Below are positions 45,540-55,286 of a stretch of 64,000 nt of DNA, one piece after another. The translations under genes and the position numbers were made by a program. Position 1 is the first letter of the stretch. Each line of letters begins with the position of its first letter. This stretch comes from a virus. The stretch is taken from IMG/VR virus record IMGVR_UViG_3300027832_000009, positions 10,549-74,548 of that record; one strand, given 5' to 3'. The notes beneath the pieces were generated by a model. The model was not told the origin of the DNA. It saw only the letters and a program-made list of their open reading frames with translations, and searched no databases.

Positions 45540-48500
45540 TTAAATGAATTCGACAGGGACACCTGCCGCTGTAGCCGTCTCCTCAGTCATAGACTCACCC
45601 CAATTCAGCTGTACCTTGTAATCGATACCGAAATTGTAAGGTGCCCCTACCGTGATTGGCTTATTGTCCAAACTGCGAGGCCACACTGGGACCTGCTCAA
45701 TCATACACTTCCTGAGCGTCCCTGCTCGCACAACATTACCACTGCTGTCTACCTCATCGCACACAAACTCTCGTATGTGCGGTATCGGTACCTCGAACAG
45801 CAGCGAGTCATGAATCTGCATGAGGATTCTGAACGGTACGCTGCCTACCAGTTTCTTCTCCTCTGAGAAGTTGTGGATTGCAACCCATACCGCATCCGCC
45901 ACACAATTCTGGATCGGGAAGTTTTTTCCCTGCCGACGCTGATCTGATTCAACAGACCTGTTTCTCGTTACAGTGAACCTTCTGTAACGGCCGAATGATC
46001 CGGCCAACCAACGCGGATTCTGCGTTCTCTCTTCGCACATGTCAAGGAAGGGAAGGGTCAACGGGTATTGCATGAAATACGCGTCAATAATCTGCTGACA
46101 CTGATCAGCCGTAACGTCTGTCCCCTCCTCCTGACACTGCCGGGCTATAGCTTCAGCCCCCCTACCGTAGGGGATGCCAAAGTTGACACTTTGGTGTGTC
46201 AGGATACCACCATAGGTGACGACGTGTGTAGAGTCCGTAGTACAATCATAAACTCTTCGATCACCTACTGCTGTCACTTCCCGCGCTAGCTGGAAGTTTG
46301 CTCTCAGTTCCAACAACGCATTCAACTCGTTGTAAGCCGCTGTGGCCTCCTCTGATAGCCGGCCAGGTTCTACAGCACCAAGAATCAACCGCAGCCGTGT
46401 AGGACTAAGGCTGACTCGTGCACTCACTCTCGTACATTCACGGCACTTCTCTTTGGTCTTACCTGTCACATACGGCAACAGCACAGTCAACCTACCAACC
46501 TGGTGCGGAATGATGTCTCTGTCCTGTTTGTACGCCCCGCTAGCCACACACTGAGCTGTTTTGCGTTGTGTGATGAATCCGATGTGCTCCAGGAAATTAT
46601 CCCGAGACGTGTTACCTCGCACAGCGATCGCATAGTACGTCCCGTCGTAGCCAGCTCGGCTCTCTGGGGATACTTTACAGATCACAGCAAATGCAGCCAG
46701 CAACTGCTGCAGTCCGTACGCCAGCTCGTTACTCGCGGTGGAGTACGTGATCCCAAAGCTGCTGCCGTTACGCTTTGCCGACCCGTCACCTTCGAACATC
46801 CACCTCAGCATGATTCGCAGCAGGTGCTGGGGCCATGACCATACAAACTCTGGCATCTTGAGGTTGTGAGAACCTCTACCACAAAACTCGCACAACCAGC
46901 GAGACAACTCCACGGAATTTATGGCATGTTGAACCGCTCCTTTTGCATTTGCTTGAGGTGATCGTACCCTGTCGCCAAACAGCCGGAGTAGCAATTGAGT
47001 AACTGCTGCAGAAAACTCTGGGTCGTACGCCTCGGATATCCCAATCTGAATACAGCCTCTAACCGGGTCATTGCTACCTTCTGCCAGAAACAAACCAATA
47101 AACGCAGCCCAGTCTTCGTTGAACGTAGTTGGGAAGTTTATTGATTTGAAACTTGCCAGCTGCTCGCACGGAATTGTCACGAACTCTGTGTTGTCCCCAA
47201 ACGGCCCCACAGCCTGTCTGACAGCAACCCAATCCCCAACAGCGATGTCTTCAGCATACCGGAATCCATACGAGCCATCAGCGTCGATCACTCGATACTG
47301 GTGAGCCCCGGTTGAAGTCAGGCTGAACCCCATCTCTGTTTCTACCTTCAGGCAGGGTTTAATCCCGCCGGAATAGACCCCAAGCAGCGGCAGATCTTGC
47401 CGCTCACTAGCCAGCTGCACAACTCCCGGCCTGGCTTGCCATTCGTCGTCGTTCAAACCTGCGGCCACTGCTTCAATTAGCAACATACCTTGGGAAGTAT
47501 GCAGTCTTGTACCCTCCACAACACACTTTGCAGCATTTCTAAACTGCGGAAACCCTGCTTTTACCAGCCCTTTTTTAGTTGGTTCGCAGTCTAGCTTAAA
47601 CGCTTTAACAGCCTGATTGCTGTGGATGTCGTAATACTCTGGGTGATTCTCCGGCAGAATATTTCTTCTGACGTGCTCAATCATCGCGGCATCTCCGGAC
47701 AGCCACGCTATCACAGCCAGCTCGGCCCCGGTGTAGTCTGCCTCTATCAGAACGTACCCTGGGGAGGCTTTTAACACGCTGCGGATAGGGTGTGAGTAAC
47801 ACGGGGCACCCAACACGCTGAGATAATCGCCCTGCGCCTTCCTCTCTCCGGTGACCCTGTCCGTTGCCCAGGATCCCAAAATTCTTTTGTAGTCCGCCTC
47901 GCGTCGCGACGAGATAGCTTGCAGGTTTGGGCGTGAGCTGGAGCCTCGCCCAGTTTCCATCGTCTGCCTGAATCTTGTCCTCACTTTACCGTCATCATTT
48001 GCCAAACTGGCAATACCCTTATCGTAAACAAAAAATCCGGCTGTGTTTTTTTGAAATTCTCCATTCGTGTTTGTGAAAGGTGTTCTTAGAAGACCCTTCA
48101 GCGTTTGCGAAACAAACACAATATCTCGCAAGAGCATGACCAGCGGGTTACGGTACCCGAGAATGCCCAACGTCTCCTTATCCGCCGCTGGTGTGTGAAC
48201 GGCCTCTGCTCTTCGCATGACGACCTTGTCCCACGTCATCGACCGCTTACCTGTTGTCTTCAACGGGGTAAACCCCAACGACAACGCACCCTCGGGGCGC
48301 TGCGCCCTCCGCTGATTTGTAATTGGGTCAATCTTGGGGGAGAACGGCGTCCCAAACAAAAACTCCACCTTATGTGGGGCGCTGCTTGGATTGAAGGTGG
48401 GCCAACTGATTTGAGATCTCAGGTGCGTCAACAGCCTATTATGCACATCGATGAACAACAACGCCAACATATCGATCCGCGGAAAATCGACGCTGATCCC

Positions 48501-50204
48501 TGTCATCTCCATTTCCAACACGCCGAGACTGGCGCTGTGTGAAACGAAATACGACTCCCACGAACTGTTACCAAACGAATCTCTGTCCAGCAGTCCGCCC
48601 TCCTGCATATGCTTGAAACAGATTCTCCGGCAACAGTCTACGTCCAGGTGTGCATAGTTGTACCCAAACTCTGGGTCTGTCGGCTCGGGGTGTAGCAACC
48701 ACTTCGGCAAAAACCCATAACCCTCGAGCTGATCTTTAGTGATCCCCAACTGTTTGCACCGCTCGGTCACCGCGTCCCGGATGAGTCTGTCGTACGCCGG
48801 GGCATCCGTGTGCTTAATTGTCTGCTCTGTCAGCCCGTAGAGTGCTGTCTCATCCACAGCGTGACATTGCAGGATTGTGTCAAACCCGCCGTGAGACCGC
48901 ATCTGCGATAACTCAGCTGGTGGTGCGTACGACTCTCTCGCATCGATGCCTGCGTGCACCAGCCACGGCAAGTCCGCTCTAAAGAAGTGGCCTCCAACTC
49001 TTGGACGCCAGTTCGCAGCGGGATCTGGCAGGAGCAGCCGCTTTAACTCTGTTATCGCCGCATCAATACTCGGCTTGAATGCCGGCACCCCATTCTGGTG
49101 TCGCAGGATCACCGCAAAACCTTCTTTATGTTTTGTCGAGAATTGGATCGTTCGAAGGTAGGCACCCTCGTCAGTCGGGTACGCTCCATCCCACTCCCCG
49201 TCCACAGCAATCAGGTTTCGCCACGGGTCCGTATCGTTGCGTATCTCGTCAATTATTTCCCGCAATTGCCGCTGCTTGTAGATATTGATGTGCCGCAAGC
49301 CTGTCTCTTGCTGACCTACCTCGATACCTCGTGTTAACCTGGCAAACGTACTGAACGTAGCACAGAAGTCATCCAGCTTTTCCGGTTGTAGAGCTACCGC
49401 ACCAGGACTCTCCGCAACCATGACCCGGGCTGTCTTGAACATAGGCTCCCCGCCTGGGAGTGTCAAGTTAATGTACTTGTCAGCCACTCGTCCCAGCATG
49501 TCCCTGATGGTTTGTTTGTCTCCCAAAATAGCCTTAACAGCTTCAGACCCAAGACAGAGGATAAAATCTGGCTGCACCAGCCGCAGCTCCTGCTCAAGCA
49601 GGATCGCATTAGACTTAATGTGGTCTTTTGGTATCGCATGACTCTGGGGGTTTACAATCGGCCACTTCACTACAGGGGTCACGTACCAGGTTTGCGAGTC
49701 TGTAACACCTGCCGTCAGCATAGCTTGCTGCACCACTGTCGCCGCATCACTTACCAGGTGGCTTCTGGCCGCCATCTCGTCACGACCTGGGCACTTATAG
49801 ATCACCATCACACTGGACCGCCTCGGTCCTCCGGCTTGGTAGACCAAGACCTGGTGAAACTTGTGCCCTGGAAGCATTGGCGCATCAACATAAGTCGACT
49901 TCAGCGGTACCCGCATTGTGAAGCGTGGGTCATAAAGCGCTCGTCTATACAGGTAATTCAGGGCTGGTCCGAATTCCTGTGGCTGTCCGGCAGCTCGGCT
50001 CCTCGCTGTAGCTGCTGTGGGCTGCGGATCCCCAAGTGCTTCCGCCATAAGCCTAAAGACGTGGCCCGGTGGAGGCATACCTGGGCTGTTTAACGGGTAG
50101 AACGGGTACTCTCTGTTGAACTCCTCGCTAACAGGTTTCCCCGCTAAAAGTCGCTGAAATTGCTCACTGTCTACAACGTTCTCAAACGAATTCATACAAC
50201 ACAC
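45540..50204 (-). CDS. polA: family A DNA polymerase with N-terminal UDG-like domain, 3'-5' exonuclease domain and intein
   Basis: ExoI AVDGEW; motif A EADYTGAEL; motif B RNAAK|SVNFGIPYG; motif C QIHDSLLFE. Confidence 0.93.
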   Translation of the reverse strand: MCCMNSFENVVDSEQFQRLLAGKPVSEEFNREYPFYPLNSPGMPPPGHVFRLMAEALGDPQPTAATARSRAAGQPQEFGPALNYLYRRALYDPRFTMRVPLKSTYVDAPMLPGHKFHQVLVYQAGGPRRSSVMVIYKCPGRDEMAARSHLVSDAATVVQQAMLTAGVTDSQTWYVTPVVKWPIVNPQSHAIPKDHIKSNAILLEQELRLVQPDFILCLGSEAVKAILGDKQTIRDMLGRVADKYINLTLPGGEPMFKTARVMVAESPGAVALQPEKLDDFCATFSTFARLTRGIEVGQQETGLRHINIYKQRQLREIIDEIRNDTDPWRNLIAVDGEWDGAYPTDEGAYLRTIQFSTKHKEGFAVILRHQNGVPAFKPSIDAAITELKRLLLPDPAANWRPRVGGHFFRADLPWLVHAGIDARESYAPPAELSQMRSHGGFDTILQCHAVDETALYGLTEQTIKHTDAPAYDRLIRDAVTERCKQLGITKDQLEGYGFLPKWLLHPEPTDPEFGYNYAHLDVDCCRRICFKHMQEGGLLDRDSFGNSSWESYFVSHSASLGVLEMEMTGISVDFPRIDMLALLFIDVHNRLLTHLRSQISWPTFNPSSAPHKVEFLFGTPFSPKIDPITNQRRAQRPEGALSLGFTPLKTTGKRSMTWDKVVMRRAEAVHTPAADKETLGILGYRNPLVMLLRDIVFVSQTLKGLLRTPFTNTNGEFQKNTAGFFVYDKGIASLANDDGKVRTRFRQTMETGRGSSSRPNLQAISSRREADYKRILGSWATDRVTGERKAQGDYLSVLGAPCYSHPIRSVLKASPGYVLIEADYTGAELAVIAWLSGDAAMIEHVRRNILPENHPEYYDIHSNQAVKAFKLDCEPTKKGLVKAGFPQFRNAAKCVVEGTRLHTSQGMLLIEAVAAGLNDDEWQARPGVVQLASERQDLPLLGVYSGGIKPCLKVETEMGFSLTSTGAHQYRVIDADGSYGFRYAEDIAVGDWVAVRQAVGPFGDNTEFVTIPCEQLASFKSINFPTTFNEDWAAFIGLFLAEGSNDPVRGCIQIGISEAYDPEFSAAVTQLLLRLFGDRVRSPQANAKGAVQHAINSVELSRWLCEFCGRGSHNLKMPEFVWSWPQHLLRIMLRWMFEGDGSAKRNGSSFGITYSTASNELAYGLQQLLAAFAVICKVSPESRAGYDGTYYAIAVRGNTSRDNFLEHIGFITQRKTAQCVASGAYKQDRDIIPHQVGRLTVLLPYVTGKTKEKCRECTRVSARVSLSPTRLRLILGAVEPGRLSEEATAAYNELNALLELRANFQLAREVTAVGDRRVYDCTTDSTHVVTYGGILTHQSVNFGIPYGRGAEAIARQCQEEGTDVTADQCQQIIDAYFMQYPLTLPFLDMCEERTQNPRWLAGSFGRYRRFTVTRNRSVESDQRRQGKNFPIQNCVADAVWVAIHNFSEEKKLVGSVPFRILMQIHDSLLFEVPIPHIREFVCDEVDSSGNVVRAGTLRKCMIEQVPVWPRSLDNKPITVGAPYNFGIDYKVQLNWGESMTEETATAAGVPVEFI
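46191..47525 (-). mobile_element. 445 aa intein with LAGLIDADG homing endonuclease, C-terminal His-Gln
   Basis: begins CVVEGT after motif-B Lys; FIGLFLAEG and WMFEGDG blocks; ends VYDCTT...GILTHQ followed by Ser. Confidence 0.92.
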
Positions 50205-50213
50205 CTTTCCTAG

Positions 50214-51326
50214 CTAGCTGGGCGCTGTTATGCGGACCCCTCTAGCTGAGCACTGTGAAACAATAATGGACCAGTTTACCTCTCGGGGTAGAGATCCGGG
50301 ATCTGTGCCGTCTGGCAACCTCACTGACAATACTGGTGACTGGCTGCACGCGGCAGTCAGTCGCTGCAATGCAATAGCTGTCTCCTCTACCGCTTCCGGA
50401 TCATAGAGTAGCACTATCGGCTTACCGGCACAGTTCACAGCCAGCAGCTGTGCCTGCTGCTGAGACAGGCTTGAGCCCATGGTAGCAACGCCAGGGTTAC
50501 CAATTCTGTGTACGTCGGTAAGTCCTTCTGTGATGACAACACACGGACATTGCGAAGCCACATCAAAGTTGTACAGGATACGCTGCTTCTTTAGCCCTGG
50601 CATCGTGTAATACTTGGGTGTTGTCTTCCAGTTGCTCAGTTCTCCGAGGTGCCTACCCTGCCAACCCACATACTGCGAGTTGAACCACACAGGGAATATT
50701 ATCCTACCTGCCGCCGTCGCATATCTGTCGCTGGCTGACGAGCAGTAGCCCGCCCCCCACTGCCTTAAACTGTCCAGCGTATATTGTCTCTCTACTAGCA
50801 TATACTGCAGAGCTGGGTGATTAGGATTAGATACATATAAGTCAGCCAGCGGTAATACCACACCCGGCGGGGAGGCTTCTCGCACAGTAACAGCTTCTTC
50901 TGCTGTCGTCTCAGACTCTCGCACGCCGAACAAGTTATTACCTCGCTCACTCGCGTTGCGAAACCCGTAAATCAAATCGTAAAGTTTCTGCTGGTTTGTG
51001 CCCTGCGTCAGGCAGCTCTCGTTGTAACAGATAGCCAAAAACTTCATCGGCCACCCGTCGTGACCCACCTGCCCAAACATGTGGTTAACCCACAGTCTCT
51101 GCCGGGTATCGCGACAGAAAGGACAAGGTATCGTGTAATACTCTCCGGCCACCTCAACATTCAGTCTTGGTCGTTGTACCAGCATGGACTGCCTGGCTGT
51201 TGCGATGAATGGGAGCCCCTCGTTTGCTACACCCACTTGACCATCTGTAAGTGCCCACAACTTGTCATACAATCCTCTACATAACACGCTATGGCCAAGA
51301 TATTCATGATGTCCTGCACCTAACAT
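50214..51326 (-). CDS. DNA primase (DnaG-like)
   Basis: CPFC...CYNESC zinc finger, RIIFP, GWQGR, TOPRIM TEGLTDV and LYDPE. Confidence 0.9.
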   Translation of the reverse strand: MLGAGHHEYLGHSVLCRGLYDKLWALTDGQVGVANEGLPFIATARQSMLVQRPRLNVEVAGEYYTIPCPFCRDTRQRLWVNHMFGQVGHDGWPMKFLAICYNESCLTQGTNQQKLYDLIYGFRNASERGNNLFGVRESETTAEEAVTVREASPPGVVLPLADLYVSNPNHPALQYMLVERQYTLDSLRQWGAGYCSSASDRYATAAGRIIFPVWFNSQYVGWQGRHLGELSNWKTTPKYYTMPGLKKQRILYNFDVASQCPCVVITEGLTDVHRIGNPGVATMGSSLSQQQAQLLAVNCAGKPIVLLYDPEAVEETAIALQRLTAACSQSPVLSVRLPDGTDPGSLPREVNWSIIVSQCSARGVRITAPS

Positions 51327-53021
51327 CTAAGTATTGCCGCTCCCTTCCAGTTCTGGCATAGTCGCCTGCGGAGGCATAGCCGATAAGTTTGTCCTCCTCG
51401 ACAGTGTTTGAATGGCTCCAATAGCCGCAGCCTCTGTTGCGCTGAGGAACCCTGCTCCAGAGTCGCTCACCACGTACTGCGATGAAACATCCACCATAAG
51501 TGCAAACTCTGGGTGGATTTTTAGAATTGCCGGAGCCACATTCTCATTCGCCCTGTTACGGGTCTTTGAGAAGTTAAACATTCGGCAACCCGTCACAGGG
51601 TCGGCCACCCCGAGTACCCCGCATACTGCCATGTTTTCCGCAAAAGACTTCGAGTCCGCCGCGTCAGTATGTTTCAGTCTGCGGGTCGGTGCGCTTTTAC
51701 CTATCTCGCCGTTGAGCTGGTGCAGCACCCAAACCGGGCACTGAAACCTCTCGGCGATCTGCTGACGCACACGACTACCGAAATACTTCAGCAATGGTGT
51801 TCTTTTTCCCTCGTCCATGCCGTTGGCGTGCATGTGCCTCTCTACAACCAACCCTGCATAATCTATGACAACCATAGAGACCTCCACATTGTCCAGTGAC
51901 TCCACAAGTCTGCTGATATGTGCTTCAATCTCGTCGATGTAGCCGGTCCCCGCATTCGGATACTCCACAGATCCCGATATGTCCAGTACACGGAAGCAGG
52001 CTGTCAGGATCGGCCGTCTGAGTTCGTACCTCTCCCGCTCTGAGAGGACATGCGGCTGACCTCGCTGGTCTTCCCGCTCATACGGCAACAACGTCGCTTG
52101 CGTTGTCATGTTCGTGAATGGGTCTGGTACGCTGACCCTGTCTCGCGGGATGCGAAAGAATCCAGACCACACCTTCGGCCGCAACAGCACTGCAGACTCT
52201 TCAGCCGTTACATAGATCGAAATCTTAGGTCTAGTGTTGTTTTGTTGGGCCATAAACCAACACAACGACGCATTTGAAATTGCCAAATGCACACCCATTG
52301 TCGTTTTACCGCCACCTGTTGGACCCAGTAGACCGTACACCTCGCCCGCCCGCTGCCCGCCCAACGCGGTATCCATGAACGTAGTGCCTGTCGGTGTCAG
52401 CTCCAGTTGTGTGTTGATCGCGGTTCCAAATTCTGGCGCCATTTCAACTACTGGTAGGTCGGATAGGGTATTTGCCTCGCTGTGCAACCGTGTAGCTGCT
52501 TGTAATACGCCAAACAGATCCACCGGTACAGATTGCATCCCTGCGTTGTTTATGATTCTGCGTACGGGTGAAAACACACCCCTCGCAATAATCAGCCGCC
52601 GCAAAATGGTCCTGGCTAGCTCTGCGTTAGGTCCGCCTGTCGTCACGCTTGGGTTGGCTACAGCGTATAGCAGACCATACTCGTTGCGAATAAATAACGC
52701 CTGGTTCTGCTGTGCCATCAGGACAATGGCTGGGTTGTTGCCGAGCTCCTGCTGCACCACATAAACGAGTGACTCATACGTCACGCCACCATACTGATTC
52801 CACGATGCCGATATAGCCGCCCATGTCAGGCTAAGCAGTATCTCGTCGTCTCTGAAATAACTCGCCTGCAGCTGGCGGCTCGCCTCTGCAAACATAGGTT
52901 TATTTGTTCCGCATACAATCAACAAAAACTCAATCGCCGTTGAGTCTACTGCAGACTCGACGACAATAGGTCTCTGCGAATACGCAACAATGTCGCGTAT
53001 CCCCTGGTCTTGCACTGCCAT
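51327..53021 (-). CDS. DnaB-like replicative helicase
   Basis: GPTGGGKTT, VVIDY and VWVLHQLN. Confidence 0.88.
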   Translation of the reverse strand: MAVQDQGIRDIVAYSQRPIVVESAVDSTAIEFLLIVCGTNKPMFAEASRQLQASYFRDDEILLSLTWAAISASWNQYGGVTYESLVYVVQQELGNNPAIVLMAQQNQALFIRNEYGLLYAVANPSVTTGGPNAELARTILRRLIIARGVFSPVRRIINNAGMQSVPVDLFGVLQAATRLHSEANTLSDLPVVEMAPEFGTAINTQLELTPTGTTFMDTALGGQRAGEVYGLLGPTGGGKTTMGVHLAISNASLCWFMAQQNNTRPKISIYVTAEESAVLLRPKVWSGFFRIPRDRVSVPDPFTNMTTQATLLPYEREDQRGQPHVLSERERYELRRPILTACFRVLDISGSVEYPNAGTGYIDEIEAHISRLVESLDNVEVSMVVIDYAGLVVERHMHANGMDEGKRTPLLKYFGSRVRQQIAERFQCPVWVLHQLNGEIGKSAPTRRLKHTDAADSKSFAENMAVCGVLGVADPVTGCRMFNFSKTRNRANENVAPAILKIHPEFALMVDVSSQYVVSDSGAGFLSATEAAAIGAIQTLSRRTNLSAMPPQATMPELEGSGNT

Positions 53022-53046
53022 GGAGACATCCTAAAACAATTAGCGG

Positions 53047-53772
53047 CTACAGCCCCATTTCCGCACGAATTAAACACGCTGCCGTCTGCAGTTGCGCCGG
53101 TACGCCACTACAGAGTGCTCTATCATACTGCTCTGCTTCAAACACATACTGCACCAACGCTGACCTGAAACTGGCCACCGCTATGTGATTTATCGCCTGC
53201 TCTATGGCTACACAGAACCTGGTGAATGGCGTGATGACACACCCCGTGCGATCCGTCAAGGCGTACGAAAGTGCGTCACGCTCTGACCACCCCAGATTCC
53301 GCATCAACGGCATGGCCACCATACCGATCTGCGTCTGATCTGACTTTAGCTGCTTCCGAATATGCTCAACCCGGTCGACGTGAAATTGCTGCCAGTTCTC
53401 AGCCGCCCACTCTGAATAGAGCATGCGGGCAGCTGGAAAAGGTAACCCGCCATCCCTGCGTTTTGAGAACGCCTCGAACTGGGCTCTGATATACAGGTCT
53501 GGCGGTGCTTTCAGGTGCAGCAAATGGATAGCTAGTCGTTCCCAGGCATTCCTGCCAGCCCTAGCGGCTGACAGGGCTTTGTCACCATCTACGACCCGTA
53601 TGCCGTAATCGCGGTACCTTGCATCCCCTAGCATTCTGACAGAGTTGCAATAAATGGCCCGAATGGCAGAGGCAAGCTCCTCAGCCGCCCTACCTATAGG
53701 AATCGAAGTGACTACTGCCGACGCTGCTGCATCATCGCAGTCTTCCGTCATTAACAGTATCGCCCTACTCAT
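53047..53772 (-). CDS. hypothetical protein in replication operon
   Basis: 241 aa ORF with ATGA overlap. Confidence 0.7.
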   Translation of the reverse strand: MSRAILLMTEDCDDAAASAVVTSIPIGRAAEELASAIRAIYCNSVRMLGDARYRDYGIRVVDGDKALSAARAGRNAWERLAIHLLHLKAPPDLYIRAQFEAFSKRRDGGLPFPAARMLYSEWAAENWQQFHVDRVEHIRKQLKSDQTQIGMVAMPLMRNLGWSERDALSYALTDRTGCVITPFTRFCVAIEQAINHIAVASFRSALVQYVFEAEQYDRALCSGVPAQLQTAACLIRAEMGL

Positions 53773-55274
53773 GGAATTCTCCTTGCTGGTGCACCTGCAC
53801 TCAGCCAGCCTAGCTTCTTATAATGCTTTCCCCGCACTTCAGATCTTCGCAGGAATCGCTTATCGAAAAGGTCATAACAGTCTACCAATACAGCCCCAGT
53901 TTTGTCAGCGGCAATACGACTCAATCTGCCGGGTCCTTGATTATCGATGATCTCAGACGCTCTGGCATCCACTCGGTACAGGACGCGCAAATGCGGGAAG
54001 TCTACCCCGGTTGCCCAGACATCTGTAGCGATGACACGGCGAACCGTGCCTGTGGTGAACCCTTCGCGTAACTCGTCCCTGCGTCTTACAGTCATCTGCA
54101 CAAAATTCTCGCCGACAAGGCCGTGGTTTTTGTACTTTACCATCTTCTCGGCCGTGATCGGTCCGTGGCACAATTCAAAATCTGGCAACTGTTTTGCCAG
54201 GTTTGCAGCGTGCTCAAACTTCTCGCACAGAATCAGTATCTGCGTATCGTCTGGGTAGCTCCTTCTGATGTCATCAACAATAAGCTGGTTTCTACCATGG
54301 TTAGACCAGACACCAGCCCGCATGGCCCGGGCATCCTGCAGCGAGGCGAAACCAGCTACAGGATTATCAGATAGGTGGATGTGAAGCCACCTGACGGTAA
54401 TTGGTACAACAAGACCTAGCGCCTCCGCTTCCACATAACCCATCTTGTAAATACGAGAACCGAAAAGCACCTCCAGCTCTCGATCTGCCTGATCGAGTCG
54501 CATGTCGCACGTTCCAGTGAACCCAAAATTTCGTGTCGCACTCCAAGTGAAACCGATATCTCGGGAGTGTGTCGGGGCTGCCATCTTGTGGACCTCGTCC
54601 GCTAGCAGGAAGTCCGCATCACCATCTGATTTTTTCATGCTGTTCGCAACGAATACAGTCAGCCGGCTACCGAAGAAGTTCTGCCCTGCTCCGACCAATC
54701 CCACATTACTGTAATACTTTGTAAGGCGTCTACAGATGCTGCGAGCTAAGTCTGCACCAGGTACAGCGATGTGAAATTTAGCTTTAGGGTATAAGGCGGC
54801 CAGCATGGCAAATATCTCACCCTTACCGAACCCCATTGTCGCATCTACGATACCGCACTGATTTGCAGCTATCAACTGCAGGCACTGCTCCTGCCCTGGT
54901 CTGAACTCGAACATGCTCCTTAACTTGTCCCAGTTCGGCTCGTAGCATGTCGGCCGCACTCGCTCTGGTGACATGTCGTAGTACTCCACCGGCACACCAC
55001 GACTATGAAGCCAACTATAAACTCTAGTTAGCATCCCAAACCCCGTGACAATAGCGCCGTAGTTGTCGTAACTAAACAGCCTTGTGCTGGTCACCTGCAC
55101 ATTTTGAGTCTCTCCGCTTGGTCCGTATCTGGCGTAACCTCTTAACAGCTGCACTTTTCCGTATGTTAGTTCAGCCTCCAGTGCTTCTTTAAGCTCTACT
55201 GGAGGGCTTTCCAGCTTGTCGTCGCTAATTGAAATCACTGTACCCGCTCTGCGTATCAGTATCCTCTGCGTCAT
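53769..55274 (-). CDS. superfamily II helicase (UvsW/ERCC3-like)
   Basis: FRPGQ, ATMGFGKG, ADEVH, GFTGT, ATDVWATGVDFP and QGPGRLSR. Confidence 0.88.
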   Translation of the reverse strand: MTQRILIRRAGTVISISDDKLESPPVELKEALEAELTYGKVQLLRGYARYGPSGETQNVQVTSTRLFSYDNYGAIVTGFGMLTRVYSWLHSRGVPVEYYDMSPERVRPTCYEPNWDKLRSMFEFRPGQEQCLQLIAANQCGIVDATMGFGKGEIFAMLAALYPKAKFHIAVPGADLARSICRRLTKYYSNVGLVGAGQNFFGSRLTVFVANSMKKSDGDADFLLADEVHKMAAPTHSRDIGFTWSATRNFGFTGTCDMRLDQADRELEVLFGSRIYKMGYVEAEALGLVVPITVRWLHIHLSDNPVAGFASLQDARAMRAGVWSNHGRNQLIVDDIRRSYPDDTQILILCEKFEHAANLAKQLPDFELCHGPITAEKMVKYKNHGLVGENFVQMTVRRRDELREGFTTGTVRRVIATDVWATGVDFPHLRVLYRVDARASEIIDNQGPGRLSRIAADKTGAVLVDCYDLFDKRFLRRSEVRGKHYKKLGWLSAGAPARRIP

Positions 55275-55286
55275 AATTCCTCTGCC

